NCBI RefSeq assembly: GCF_963921235.1
Contig: NC_086107.1
Span: 110,176,001 to 110,240,000, forward strand
Length of the DNA stretch: 64,000 nt
From: Mobula hypostoma
Taxonomy: Eukaryota
Reading direction: 5' to 3'
Part shown: positions 26,151 through 39,768 of the stretch, piece by piece
How the letters are laid out: each line of letters starts with the position of its first letter
Numbering within the stretch: the stretch's first letter is position 1
Notes under the pieces: generated by a model
What the model was told of the DNA's origin: nothing
The model's input: only the letters and a program-made list of their open reading frames with translations
Databases searched by the model: none
Position numbers and translations under genes: made by a program

Positions 26151-26197
26151 CTTTATGATGTAAAATATTATCTAACATTTGATTCTGTTCTTCATAG

Positions 26198-26245
26198 CTG
26201 CCTGTACAAACCACGTACCAGTGATCACTACACTATTAAGAGGAG
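26198..26245 (+). CDS. ANKRD54: ANKRD54 exon 5 (AACTNHVPVITTLLRG)
   Basis: ttcatag acceptor, G|gtatgt donor. Confidence 0.95.
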
Positions 26246-28088
26246 GTATGTAAGTGCTACTAATTTTAAATGTATACATAGTTTCTAATAGTTTGCATTT
26301 ACAAGGGACTTTTTATAATAATGTGGTTTTATTTTTCATACATCCTTACAAATTGCAATCTACCCTTGTATAAGTGTATATAATCTGCCTACTATCAGTC
26401 CTACGGTAAAGTGGACTAGCCTAGACTACGAGTGTGATGACTTCTGTGCTTTGATTTTCTGATTGATGAAGGTCAAAATTGGGTTAATAAAGTTGTTTGT
26501 TCTTTGTGGTGAGAACAATTGAAATGGAAATATGAGTTCTTGGATTGGGGGATAGTAGATTAACTTGTTTGGCTTGAATCAAGTTTTTGCTTTGCAATGT
26601 AAAATTATTATTTTTATTCCCCATGGGTGAAACACATCGTCAATCACTTCCGAATCTTATTTGGAGAAAAATTCAATCAGCTGCATCCTATCATTAACTG
26701 CTCTTAGAATCGTTTCTTCTGTAAAACTATCTCTGCAGAGGAACTGGGACCACGTTGTCCTTAAGATAAATACAAACGATTCTGTAGATGCTGGAAATCC
26801 TGAGCAACAGAAACAAAATGCTGGAGGAACTCAGCAGGTCAGGCAGCATCTATGGAAATGAATAAACAGTCGAGAGACCCTTTGTCAGGACTGGGTAGCA
26901 TTCTGTGTGTTGTCCTTAAGGTGCCTGTGGTGGGCAGTCATGGGACAATACTGTCTCACTACCCCTGCGCTGGATGGGGAAGCCTGAAAAGCTTGAGAAA
27001 TTTTCTTGTATTAACTGGGTTTAATAATTTCCATCATCCCCTCAAAACTAATCATTAAGCTCCAAGACCTTGGTCTCAATACCTCCTTGTACAATTGGAT
27101 CCTCGATTTCCTCACTTGCAGTCCCCAGTCAGTTCAGATTGGCAGCAACACCTCCTCCATGATCTCCGTCAGCACTACCACAAGTCTGTGTGCTCTGCTA
27201 GCCTTACACTTATGACTGTGTGGCTAAGCGCAGCTCCAGTGCCGTATTCAAGTTTGCCAATGAAACCACTGTCATGGGGCAAATCATAGGTGGTGAGGGA
27301 GACAGAAAAACTGGCCGAGTGGTGCCTTAACAACAACCTCTTATTGAATGTCAGCAAGACCAAGGAGCTGATTATTGACTTCAGGAGGAGGAAACTGGAG
27401 GTCCATAGCTAGTCTTCCTCAGAGATCAGAGGTGGAGAGAATCAGCAACTTTAAATTCCTCGGTGTTAGCAGATGGAGTTTAACCTGGTCAAATGTGAAG
27501 TGTTGCACTTTGGGAGATCAAATATAAAGGGACAGCACCCTGTTAATGGCAAGACTCTGAAATGTTAATGTGCAGAGGGATCTTGGGGGCCAAGTCCGTA
27601 GCTCCCTGAAAGGTGACAGTTCCGGTGCTGCCACAAGCAAGCGAAGATCTGCAGATGCTGGAAATCCATGCAGCACATACAAAATGTTGGAGGAACTCAG
27701 CGCCTGTGGAAAAGTGCACAGGTGATGTTTTGGGCTGAGACCCTTCATCCGGACACTTTCTGTGCTGTACTGTACTAAGTTCTTTAACCACAAACAATTT
27801 TGTCACCTGAAATGCATTTGAGACCTTTGACTACATACTCCTCTCCCCCTGTATATTTGGTTCCGTTTAAGTTATTGGTGACCAACGATGGAGTAACCTC
27901 CTCTTTCATGTCATAGTCATAGTCATACTTTATTGATCCCGGGGGGAAATTGGTTAATTTCCTCATTCTCATTCAGTTCACTGGCTTTGAGTGGTGCTGC
28001 AGCAGGTAGAGGTGATTCAGTTTCACACCAAAGCAGCAGTTCAGACTGGGCCAGCTGGAAACTCCTGGCCTCTCGTGACTGGCAGTAA

Positions 28089-28274
<186 letters not shown>

Positions 28275-28984
28275 TGACCTGGCTCTCTGCTTAAAACTCT
28301 TGATTTCATTTTGAAACTAGTTTAACTCCCATGGTGATGCAGATGAAGTCAGCAATGGGAAACCGAGCAGCGAAATGAGCCTCCTGCAGAGTGTAATCCT
28401 AATCCCTGTTATTATCTCGTATTGCAATGCTTTGGTCTCTTCCCAAGCTCCTGTTATCTTTACATCCTGTACAGAACCTCTGGATCTAAATCCCTTCCCT
28501 TGTACTAATTACAATTTACTGTATCTTTCTGTCTCAAGTAATCGCTAGCTAATCTCTTTAAGAACAGTATCTCATTCGGCTTTTACAGACTGCAGTCCAA
28601 TGGCATGAATGTTGAATTTTTCAGTTTGAATGTTTAAATCCAAGGTTCTTTTCGAAGTCAAAATGAGGCACAAAATGTGTTGCTCCACTATCATTTTATT
28701 AAGAGTTGTTTTAACAGACAATGACAGAGAAAGCTAAAATTCAGAATAAAAATATGGCTCCTAGCATGAAACGTGTATTTTATATCCATAGAGAGAAGGA
28801 AAATTCCATTCTAATCTGTAGATTGAATTTAGAACATAGATTACAGCACAGGAACTGGCCATTCGGCCCACAATGTTGTGCTAAACCAGCTAAAAAGCAA
28901 ATCAAAAACACCCAAACACTAATCCCTCCTACCATATCCCTCCATCTTTCCTGTATCACGTGTCTAACCTTTAAAGCCTCTTTG

Positions 28985-29480
28985 CCCCTAATACCATACC
29001 AGTTTTATAAAGTTGCAAAATAACTTCCTGATTTTTGAACTCATTGTCGTGACCAATAAAAGCAAGCATTCCGTAAGGGAACTTAACCACCTTATCGACT
29101 TCCGTAGCCACTTTGAAGGAGTGATGAACTTGGATCCCAAGACCTCTCTGCTCAGTGACACTCTTGAGGATCTTGCCCTTAACAGAATACCGTCTCCTTG
29201 CATTTGGCTTACCGAATTGCAACACGTCACGTTTATCGGGGTTCAACTCCATCTGCCGTTCCTCAGCCCCTATCTGCAACTGATATATATTGCACTGTAT
29301 TTTTTGCCAGTCTTCCACACTATCCCCAACTCCACCAATCTCGGTATCATCTGCAAGTTTACCCATCTACATCTTTCATCCAGGTCACTTACATAAACAG
29401 CAGGGGTCACAGGACGGATCCCTGCAGAACCACTAATTACAGATCTGCAGCTCAGATCAGTCCCTTCAGCCACTACCATC
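28985..29480 (-). mobile_element. Older CR1 LINE fragment (others at about 45670-46150 and 54480-54790 on plus)
   Basis: ORF 28971-29366 reads KLADDTEIGG...QMELNPDK...GMLAFIG. Confidence 0.75.
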
Positions 29481-30845
29481 CTGGTCTTCGTGCAGGCCAG
29501 TTCTGAATCCGGACAGCTAAAAGGAAAGCACTTGGTGATACGCAATAAAAAGTTAAGCAATGGGAACAGCACATTCATTTTACGCAGAACTTTCCAGAAT
29601 TATAGTCTGTATAACCACCTGAGGCACATTAAACTGTTATGTGTATAAAGACTACTTAAAATACAAGCAGATAAATAACTGTCAAGTTGCAAAGGAAATG
29701 ACAATAAACAGTTGGATCCAACAGTAACCCACTCCCCTCCCCCTGTGTTGCTTTCCCACTGTCAGCAATCTACCCAGGGTCACCCTTCAACTATTTATCT
29801 TGTCCATCCAACCCAACCTCTCCCTTCTCACCTGCACTCATTGCCCTCCCACAGCTGGTTCTATCATCCTTGTACCTTGGTGTCTTCTCTTCTGCTTTAC
29901 CTTTCTTGTCCTCCTCCCCACCTTGTTCTGTCTGCTTTTTTTTAATATACCCTTCTATATCTTTGTCTCTCTAACTTTAATCCTGTGCCTCTGAAATGCA
30001 GAATCTGATTAATTTATTTATCACTCGAACACTGAAATAGCTCATTTGAGTTAACAGCCAACAGAACCTAAGGAAGTGCTGGGGGTAGTCCGCGTGTGTC
30101 ACCACACGTAGCGTGCCCACAGTGTTCAGCAGAACTAAAGCAACAAGGCAACAACAGCAAAGCAAGCCCCTTTCCTCCTTCCCGTCCACATAGACAGTCA
30201 TCCAATCCCAGGAGGTTCTGTGTCCGCACCTCCTGGACTCACGGACTTGCAGACTACCAACTTCCTCGGCAGGCTCACACATCCAGGGCTTTGGCCGTTG
30301 GATGTTGACTTCCTGACTTCCATTCGACCCCAGGACTTGTCAATGACATGACCCTGAAATACTCTCATTCTTCCCGAACATGTTTTTTTTTCTTTCTTCT
30401 TCCAATAGGAAAAAAGGGAAGGGTGGGAGAAGAAATTACTAGAAGTTAGAGAATTTGATGTTCATGCCATTAGGTTGGAGGCTACCCAGGCAGAATGAGG
30501 TGTGGCTCCTCCCCTCTGAGCTCAGCCTCATCATGGTCAGGAATTTGACATCCTCTCTTTCTTGCAGACTCGTTTTCATTATTGCTTGACTTTATTAAAA
30601 AATAGAAGCGGGTCATCTGCTCTGCTGTCCAGTAAGATGATGGCTGCTCCCTAATCCATTTTCCCAGATGGACTCTAATGTTGATGGTGTAAAACTGTGC
30701 ACAACTTGTGTTTGGCATTAGGTGGGATCATTTCAATAACAACAGAAGTTTAACGTCTTGGGGACGTTTACTGTCACTCAAGTACTGCATTTACTGCATT
30801 AGGAGTCTTAAGTGTGTGTCAGGTTATGCTGTTTCCCTTCTTCAG

Positions 30846-30953
30846 ATCATTCAGATGCTGCGTGAGTACTTGGAACGACTGGGTAACCGTCAAGAAACTG
30901 AGCAGTTGGATGATCTTTGTACAAAACTTCAGATGACCAACACCAAGGAAGAG
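30846..30953 (+). CDS. ANKRD54: ANKRD54 exon 7 (IIQMLREYLERLGNRQETEQLDDLCTKLQMTNTKEE)
   Basis: cttcttcag acceptor, GAG|gtgggt donor. Confidence 0.95.
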
Positions 30954-31514
30954 GTGGGTACAAATAGGGGAAAGGGTTCCAATTAAGAATAGTCGGTTTA
31001 GTAGGGAAAGACCTGAAATCCTAGTGAGTGAAGTGTTGGCCGCTGGTTTTAATAGCCCTGATTGTAAGGATGAGAGTGAAAGCTAATGAGTGGAGGCTAA
31101 AGGTGTTAGGTGACCACCTCTTGGCTCCTGGTGTTACGAGAGAGAAAGCCTTTGATCACTCCTGCTGGTATCAGCTGCTGTTTATACTCTCCCCAACCCC
31201 CCACCCCAGCCAGCCCCAAACACTCAGTCTGTTGACTTCCTCTAAGACTGTAGACCATCCAGCACTGTTTCCTATGGAGAAAATTCTACCCCAATGTTTC
31301 TAATCAGACTGAGCAATTCTCCCAAGATTTTTATTTATATTCTGGTGTTGGCCATTTTAGACCATAAGACATAGGAGCATAATTAGGCCATTCGTGTTAG
31401 CTACAGCATTCCATCATAGCTGATTTATTATCCCTTTCAACCCCATTCTCCTGCTTCTCCCTGTAACCTTTGGCACCCTTACTAATCAAGAATCTAAAAT
31501 CTTTGCTTTAAATA

Positions 31515-32025
31515 CTGTGGATTCAAGTTAGTTGGGCCATTTGTTAATCGGGATAGCTGCTTATTTGAGACAACTCTAAAAGAACAAAAACGTATTCAGA
31601 AAATTGCTGGGACTCCTTTCATTTATTTGGGACACTATGCTGCTTAATTGGGACAGGAGACTTGCCGACTAGGTTGTAACTAGCATCAATCGCATGGACT
31701 TGTGTGGCTGTTAGACGCTCTACTTGCTTAGAGCGAAGTTTTTAAATAGCATCAGTTGCATGTTGTTGGTGTTCGAAAAGCAGTGACTTTTGTCACATAG
31801 TTGGTGAGAAATAAGCAGTGAGACAATTCAGAATTGTTTTGGTCATTGTGGTTTCAAACATTCAGGTGTGGGGATGCCAGAAATGGCCAAGGGTGAAAAT
31901 GAAACATTTTCACTACATCAACAAGTTAGGAACTATGAAGAATTTGAAGGTATTGACAATCATATTGAATGTTACAGTGAAAATGAAGATTGTAGCAACT
32001 GCAGTCCCCTGTGTCTCAGCTGATT
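31515..32025 (-). mobile_element. pogo/Tigger-type non-autonomous element, truncated by a CR1 insertion
   Basis: Reverse-oriented homologue of 9096-10098 starting TA|CTGTGGATTC. Confidence 0.65.
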
Positions 32026-32270
32026 CAATAGACAATAGGTGCAGGAGTAGGCCATTCGGCCCTTCGAGCCAGCACCGCCATTCACTGTGATCATGGCTGA
32101 TCATCCACAATCAGTATCCAGTTCCTGCCTTATCCCCATAACCTTTGATTCCGCTATCTTTAAGAGCTCTATCCATCTCTTTTTTGAAAGCATCCAGAGA
32201 CTTGGCCTCCACAGCCTTCTGGGGCAGAGCATTCCATATATCCACCACTCTCTGGGTGAAAAAGTTTTTC
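32026..32270 (-). mobile_element. CR1 3' end, near-identical to 13770-14010
   Basis: KNFFTQRVVDIWNALPQKAVE...DKAGTGY* plus 3' UTR with ATTGTCT tail. Confidence 0.9.
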
Positions 32271-32454
32271 AGCATTAATTCAGCATTAAGCTCTGATTGA
32301 AGCAGTGAATTACTTTGTCCATGCAGACAGCACTTCTGCTCAGTGAACCAAATGAAGATCTCGGAACTGATCATTTCAATCCCTATACCAAAGCAAGGGT
32401 TAGAGGCGGTGACTTCAGGTCTTAGGTGGTGTTGATGAGCCTTATAAAACTATA

Positions 32455-32975
32455 CACTCAGTGGCTATTTTATTAGTTACCTCTTATACCTAATAAAGTA
32501 GCCACTGAGTGTCTTCTGCTGCTGTAGCCCATCCACTTCAAGGTTCTACGTGTTGTGCATTCAGAGATGCTCTTCTGCACACCACTGTTGTAACGTGTGG
32601 TTATTTTGAGTCATTATCACCCTCCTGTCAGCTTGAAACAGTGTGGCCATTCTCCTCTGAACCCTCTCATTAGCAAGGTGGTTTTGCCCACAGAAATGCT
32701 GCTCACTGGATTTTCTTGCACCATTCTCTGTACGGTTGTACGTGAAAATCCCAGGAGATCAGACCACCCCATCTGGCACCAATAGCCATTCCACAGTCAA
32801 AGTCACTTAGATTACATTTTTCTCCCGTTCTGATGTTTGGTCTGGACGACAACTGAACCTCTTGACCATGTCTGCATGCTTTTATGCATTGAGCTGCTGC
32901 CACATGATTAGCTGATTAGATATTTGCATTAATGGGCAGGTGTACAGGTGGACCTAATAAAATGGCCCCCGAGTG
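32455..32975. mobile_element. Tc1-derived non-autonomous element
   Basis: TIRs CACTCAGTGGCTATTTTATTAG / CTAATAAAATGGCCCCCGAGTG; minus-strand remnant LSDFDCGMAIGAR. Confidence 0.65.
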
Positions 32976-33824
32976 CAGAACAGTGCAACTCAGTTACAGG
33001 CGCTTCGATTCACAATGTTGGGCTGACTTTTTAATCTTTTCCATCAACCACTTCTCATCCCAGCTCTGCATACTGTCAATGTCCCGTTGTAAAGTATAGC
33101 AACTTTCTAACTATCCACAACACCACCAACCTTCATGTCATCTGCAGACTTGCTATCCCACCCTTCCACTTCCTCATCCAAGTCATTTATAGGTTTGGTT
33201 TATTATTGTCACGTGTACAGTCGGAAGGTTTCGGTTGTGTGCCTTACTGATAAATGTATTCAATGCACAAATATATTGGCGTAGTTAAAACAATGAGAAT
33301 GTAGTGCAGCAATTACAGGGTAAGTGCAATGCAGGTAGACAAATAATATCAGCAGATGCTGGAGAACCAGGGCAACACACACAAAATACTGGAGGAACTC
33401 AGCATGTCAGGCAGCATCTATGGAGAGGAACCAACAGTCTACATTTCAGGCCAAGACCCTTCGTCAGGACCCTAATGTGTCACAGCGTGAAACATCCACC
33501 GATCATCTTCCAGCTTCTTTCTTCACCCCTCTCCTTCACCCACCTACCCTCTCCCGTCTTCTTATCCTGGCTTTTTCCCCTTTAGTCACGCTTGACATGT
33601 CTCGGCCCAAAACATCGACTCTTTATCCCTCTCCATAGATGCTACCTGATCTGCTGAGTTCCTCCAGCGTTTTGAGTGTGTATTGTTGTTCAGGCGGGCA
33701 AATAAAGCTCATGGTAGATTGAGCACTTAAGCTCAATTATCCATCCAAGTCTGTAAACAGCTTTTGGGAGTTTTGCCAGAAGACCTTGTTTGTAACTTGC
33801 TCTTGCCTTCCTGTTGCTCCACAG

Positions 33825-33899
33825 GTTGATGAAGTGGCTGATCTCCTTTCGAGCTTCACAACCCTCAGCCTACAGATACACAACTTAGACAAAAGGTAA
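33825..33899 (+). CDS. ANKRD54: ANKRD54 exon 8 (VDEVADLLSSFTTLSLQIHNLDKR*)
   Basis: ctccacag acceptor, TAA at 33897-33899; matches the human C-terminus VDEVTDLLASFTSLSLQ. Confidence 0.95.
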   Translation, partial: VDEVADLLSSFTTLSLQIHNLDKR

Positions 33900-34050
33900 C
33901 TGACTCCGTTCCCAGCACTGCCATTGTTAAAGTACGGCAGGAACCAAAGGAAGAACAAAGATTCACGTGAGACCTGTGGAAGTGATGATGTGACTTGTCT
34001 TCATCTCCATCTTGATCTTAGGAACTTTGCAGGATTCTCATTTTCAATGC

Positions 34051-34056
34051 AATAAA
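34051..34056 (+). terminator. Candidate ANKRD54 polyadenylation signal AATAAA
   Basis: First AATAAA about 150 nt after the stop; a second candidate lies near 34499. Confidence 0.4.
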
Positions 34057-34287
34057 AATGTTGATGACATTTTGGAACGAAGCTTTGAGTTTCACAGTCC
34101 ACGTGTTAATTGTGCTGGATTTTGAAAATAATGTGGACAAGTGCGCCCAAAGCTGGCAGCCTTCATATTTCCAACACGACATCTGCAACACCATGCAGTA
34201 ATTTATGATGAAGTACAAGGAACATTTTCCAAGTATTTTTATTTAATTATACATGTTGATAGTTTAACTAAGAGCTAACAATCCCTT

Positions 34288-34367
34288 CAGGAGTTCACAA
34301 CCTGGGGCCCGCGGACCCCCTGCTTAATGGTAATGGTCCATGGCATAAACAAATTTGGAAACTCCTG
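34288..34367. mobile_element. 80-bp hAT-type MITE
   Basis: CAGGAGTT...AACTCCTG termini with a perfect 8-bp TSD AATCCCTT. Confidence 0.8.
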
Positions 34368-37336
34368 AATCCCTTGAATTTATTCTGAATGGGCCTGTTA
34401 CTGATTTGTGTCACGAGAAGCTATCATTTTTATCTGAGATAAAAGAATGTAAAATTGTAATGATAAATGGGTTTTCAATGCAGAGTTTTAGCATGTAAAA
34501 TAAAATTCAAGAAACTTTCACAAGCATGTGTCCTGATTCAAAATGTTGACTGTTTACTCTTTTCCTTAGATGCTGCCTGACCTGCTGAGTTCCTCCAGCA
34601 TTTTGTGTGTGTTGCTTCAAGATACTTTGTTAATTTTTGGTGAAACTGTAATTTGATCTTCAAAATTCATTTTGCAATTTTTCTTTAAACAGCAGAGCTA
34701 AAGCTCTACACAGCATGGAGCATAGTGTGAACAGACTGAGAGTTGAGTGGTGGTGTGGAATTGAGTACCATATCTGTGCCTAATTCAGCTCCTATATCTT
34801 ATGGACTTAATCAAATCGTGGGCACCAAGTGGAATTACTGTTCCCTTTGGTACTGAATGGGAAGAACAAGGTTACAGATTTGTTCATTTACACTTCCCTC
34901 AAGTCAAGTCTGAAGTCTTTCCCAGGTGCTGAACTGGCCTTGATGACGAACACTGCATGTATTCTCAGTACAGGCGCTCACACAATGGTCTGAACCCACT
35001 TCCTCCCCTCTCACCGTTTAGAAAGGCATTCATCTGTTGAGTCTACTTTGATGCACAGCCACGGCATCTGTAGTAGTATTCGTTATCTGTGGTGCAGTCA
35101 CTAAATGGCAAATGGGTGAATGCTAACTCCTACTCTAGCTTATGTGTCTCAATCCCATTCCGGAGATGTAACATTCTGGTGAATTTGGGGATTTCTCAAT
35201 TGTTGGGGGACGTTGAACACCAGAACTACCTGCAGTATATACGATTTTGATTCTGTGCTGAAGAGCAGTTCTCCATGATCTCACTGATGTTTGTAGTACA
35301 AACTACAGAACTGAAAATGGATTGTAATCAAGTGTTAAAGGTAATTTTATTATCGAAGTAGATACAATTGGCGTTCATAGTAGGTGCAAAGATACACAAT
35401 AGAATCAATGAAAAATTACACCAAAAAACAGGCAAACAATGTGCAAAAGAAGGCTAACTCTGCACGCAAAAAAATAAATAAACAAACAAATAAATAAACA
35501 ATACGGAGAACATGAGTTGTTGAGTCCAGAGGTTGTGCTGTGACTAATGGCTAATATGAGCGGAGCATAACTTGAAGATGATTGGAGGAAAGTATAGGGC
35601 GGATGTCAGAGCTAAGTTCTTTACACAGAGTGGTGGGTGTGTGGAATGTGCTGCCTGGGGTGATGGTGGAGGCAGATACGTTACAGGACATTTAAGAGAC
35701 TCTTAGATAGGCATATGGATGATGGAAAAATTGGGGGCTGTGTGGGAGGGAGGGATAAAACGTAAAGCCAAGCAATAGGTGAACATCTGGACAGCTGCTA
35801 CGTGACTTGAGTGAGGGGGTAGCTGAACTAATTGAAAACAAATTGCAGAGCATGGTTCAACATGCTATGTTAACTTTATAGTGAAACTCCCTTGCTTTGC
35901 TGAACCCTGCTGTGGCAGTTATGGTGGCAACCTGTGGGGGAAGAAGAACTTGGTTGCACAAAGAGTGAGGTATCACTCCCCTGCCCTCTAGAAGAAGTAT
36001 AGTTGGGAGCAAACACAACCACTCCACACTTATGGAGGAGCTGCACCAACAGACTGTTGCGGCAATATTGGAGACAGAAGAAGAGACGAGGCTTTGCAGT
36101 AGGTAAGTATTATATTGCTTAGATTCCCTTGAGTACAGAATAAATTGATTAGTGCTTTAAAATTAATTGTGCTTCCTCTGAGTTCTCTTACCACCAGATC
36201 TGAATTGAGTGTAACAAGGCGTTGGATTGATCTTGGAGTGGGTTGAAGGGTCAGTGGGAAGATCTTGTAATTAGAATGTAAAATTAGACATAGGTACTTT
36301 CAGGCTCACAGAATAAGAGATTAATGATTTGTACTGTTGTAGCATGAACAAAGTCACCAGAGAGATGTAACTGGAAGATATGAAGTAGTCTTTTATTCGA
36401 CAAAAGGAGACACAGCAGGCATCATATTGAAAACTTTTTGGAGAAAGAGGCCCGCTCGACCCAACACTACATGACATTTTATATGCTAAAGATGAAAGGG
36501 CAATTCTATATTTACAATGTATCTACAATGTTTTCTTTAAACCACATGTAACTCTCACCCCCTGCCCCCTTCGCCTTCACACTCTAGACAATGTTAATTA
36601 ATGTCTGGCCTTTCAATCAACTGCTGTTTCCAAAGCTCTAGGATCCCATTGTCCAGAGCTGCATTTAAAATTTAATCTACGTCCATATCCAGATCTGAAG
36701 TTAGTTGCTATATGTCTTAACACCAAAACTACCGTAACAGTACAAAGGTTGACTCTGGGCAGAGAGGCTGATTAGAGATATAGAACATAGAATGGCACAG
36801 CACAGTACAGGCCCTTTGGGCCTCACCCAAATGAGGCAAATTTCCAATGTTGATTATGAAGTTGATTAAGAAAAGTTAAGACCACTTAATGTACGATATT
36901 CTGAATTAACAAAACAGCTTCGCCCCTTTAATATATTCTGTCCTTGCCACATCAGCACTTGGGAGCATGTTCCATGTTGGGAAATGAGAGTTGTACTTAG
37001 TGACATGTACATACTACAGCTTTGAAAGGTGTAGCATTAAGGGGAAGCCATGGTTCAGCCACATTGGTAATGAGTGAAGGCACATTGTCTTTGAAATTCC
37101 CTCTTCAGTGAGCTCACCACTTCTGCTAATGTCAGTGACATCAGGAGAGGCAGTTGCAGATTCATAGAAATTAAAACTATTTCTACAATTCATTCTTGCA
37201 GGGTGGTGAATGAAGTCTAGGTCATGATCCACTTCCATTGTTTGACTTGTGAAGATAGCAGCTTTGTTCCTCTGGCTCAGAAGTATGTTCTGTCCAGAAA
37301 CATTTTGCAATTGCTGCAGCTGTTGGGTTTGGAACT

Positions 37337-38753
37337 TGCAAAAGTCTTAGGCATGCTCAATTTTTTGTTTCAGATGTTTAATTTGTGCCTTCTGCATTAA
37401 TGTGTCAATAGAAAAGAATTTTAGATTTCTCATTCATTTTCCAAAAAATTAAATGTAAGAGAAATATTTGTATTTAATTGAAGAAAGTAACATATTAAGT
37501 AATATGCCACTCTTCAAATAAAATCTTGATGCCTCTGTAGGTATATTGCACACTACATGATTAATCAAAGATAGAAAACAGGTGCTAATGATCAATGACG
37601 CAATGAGCTGAATGAACTAACCAATTCTTACGTCATGGCAAATGTGAGCAGAGCAACAAGACAAGGTGGTCATCCTGCATCAGCAGTCTCTCTCCCAAAC
37701 AGGAATTCCAAGATGTGTTGGCCAAGTTCTTCTGAAGAAGCACAAATAAAAAGGTGAGGTTGAGAGACCAGAGACACAGTGGCTGCCATGGAAACAGAGT
37801 GCAGCAGATGAGAGATACTGTACGTCAAACTGATGTTCCTTCTAAATCTGAAGTCGTCCAGCACTTATCAGTTCTAAGCTCACAGAAACTACTGGAACCC
37901 AAGTACACCCCTCTACAGTCTGGAGAAGTCTTGTCAGAAGTGGTCTTCATGGAAGAGTTGCTGCCAAAAAGCCATTCCTCCAAGTGGAAACAAAGCCAAG
38001 AGACTCGCCTACACACAAAAACATCAGCTCTAGGGAGTTGAACAGTGGCAACAGGTGCTCTGGACTGACGAGTCAAAATTTTGAAATTTCTGACTTAAAC
38101 AGGAGGCAACTTGTCATTGGAGGGGCTGGAGAGCGTGACACGGATGAGTGTCTACAGCCAACAGTGAAGCACAGCGGAGGTTCCCTGCAGGTTTGGGTCT
38201 TAATTTTTACAAATGGGAGTTGGTGAACTGTTCAGAAATAATGGAATCCTTAATACTGAGAGGTACAAGCAGATTCTCATCCACCATGCAATACCATCAG
38301 CGAGGCGTCTTGATCGGTCTCAATTTCATTCTGCAACAGGACAATGACACCAAATGCATGGCGAAGGTCATAAAGAACTATATTTTTATGAAAAGAACAA
38401 GGAGTTCTGCAACAGATGGTATGGCCACCACAGAGTCCTGATCTTACATCAGAGGCTGTCTGGGGTTACCTGGAGAGAGAGTCAAAGTCTGCAAAAAGAA
38501 GAGGCAAGTTCTCCAAGATGCTTGGAACAACCTAACAGCTGATTTTCTTATAAAACTGCACGACAGTGTATCAAAGAGAATTCATCCAGTTTTAAAGTCA
38601 AAAGGTGGTCACACCACATATTGATTTGATTTAGGTTTTTGCTGTTTACTGCTCTTTATAGTATTTTTTTGATATTTAGAAACTTTTCATTATTTTTGAA
38701 AGCATCTTCATTTTAGATCTTTTCCATGATACTAAAACTTTTGCACTGTACTG
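37337..38753 (+). mobile_element. Degenerate Tc1 transposon
   Basis: Remnants VLWTDESKFE, PTVKHSGGSLQVW and FILQQDND; right end TTTTGCACTGTACTG|TA. Confidence 0.8.
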
Positions 38754-39768
38754 TAATAGGGAGAAGCAACAATTTGTTAATACATTCAATATTACAGACC
38801 ACTAACGTTCAAAATGAATTATTACACGTCAGTAGGGTGTGGAAAACACCTAGTTGCAGATCTGCAAGATGCATCTTCCTTGACAGCATAAGAATCAATT
38901 CAGCCAGTAACAGAAGCACATTGAATATGCTGGTACTATTCCCTATCATAATTCTATTATTAGGGACAGATTACATGTTAATTTCAGCAATTCTGAAGTC
39001 AAATGAACCTTAGAGTATATAAACCCTAGAATGTAATTTTCAATTAAAACAATGAAATGTATTGAAACAAGGGGTTGGACGAACTTGGCGCAGTCTTTCA
39101 TTGATTCTATTATGGTTATTTTTCTATAATGGATATAGTGAGTATGCCCACAAGGAAAACAATCCCATGATTGTACATGATGATATTTATGCACTTTGAT
39201 AATAAATTTACTTTGAACTTTGAGATCTGATAGAGGTTTATAATATTACAAGAGGCTTACATAGTGTAGACGGACAATATATTTTTCTGAGGATTAAATT
39301 ATCTAATACCGGAGGGCAGTATTTAAAGTGTGTGTGTGTGTGCGTCGCATTTCAGAGGAGATATGAGGGGCAAGACTTTTTTTAAACACAGTGATGGATC
39401 CCTAGAATTCAGGGCCTGGGGTGGTGATAGACAGATTCATGAGACTTTAAAAAAAAAATAGGCACATGAATGTGAGGAAACAGAAGGATATGGACATTGT
39501 TAGGCAGAAGGCATTGGTTGTCCATTTGATTATTTATTTAATTTGCTTGACACAACATTGTGGGCCGAAGGGCCTGTTCCTGTGCTGTACTGCTCTATGT
39601 TCTGTGTGTGTGTATATATATCCCAGTGGATTATCGGCACCCAATTGCCCACCATTGAGAACATCTACCATAAACGCTGCCTGGGCAAAGCATTATCAAG
39701 GATGTATTTCACCCTAACCATGGACCTTTTACTCTCCTCCCACCCGGTAGGTGCTACAGGAACACACA

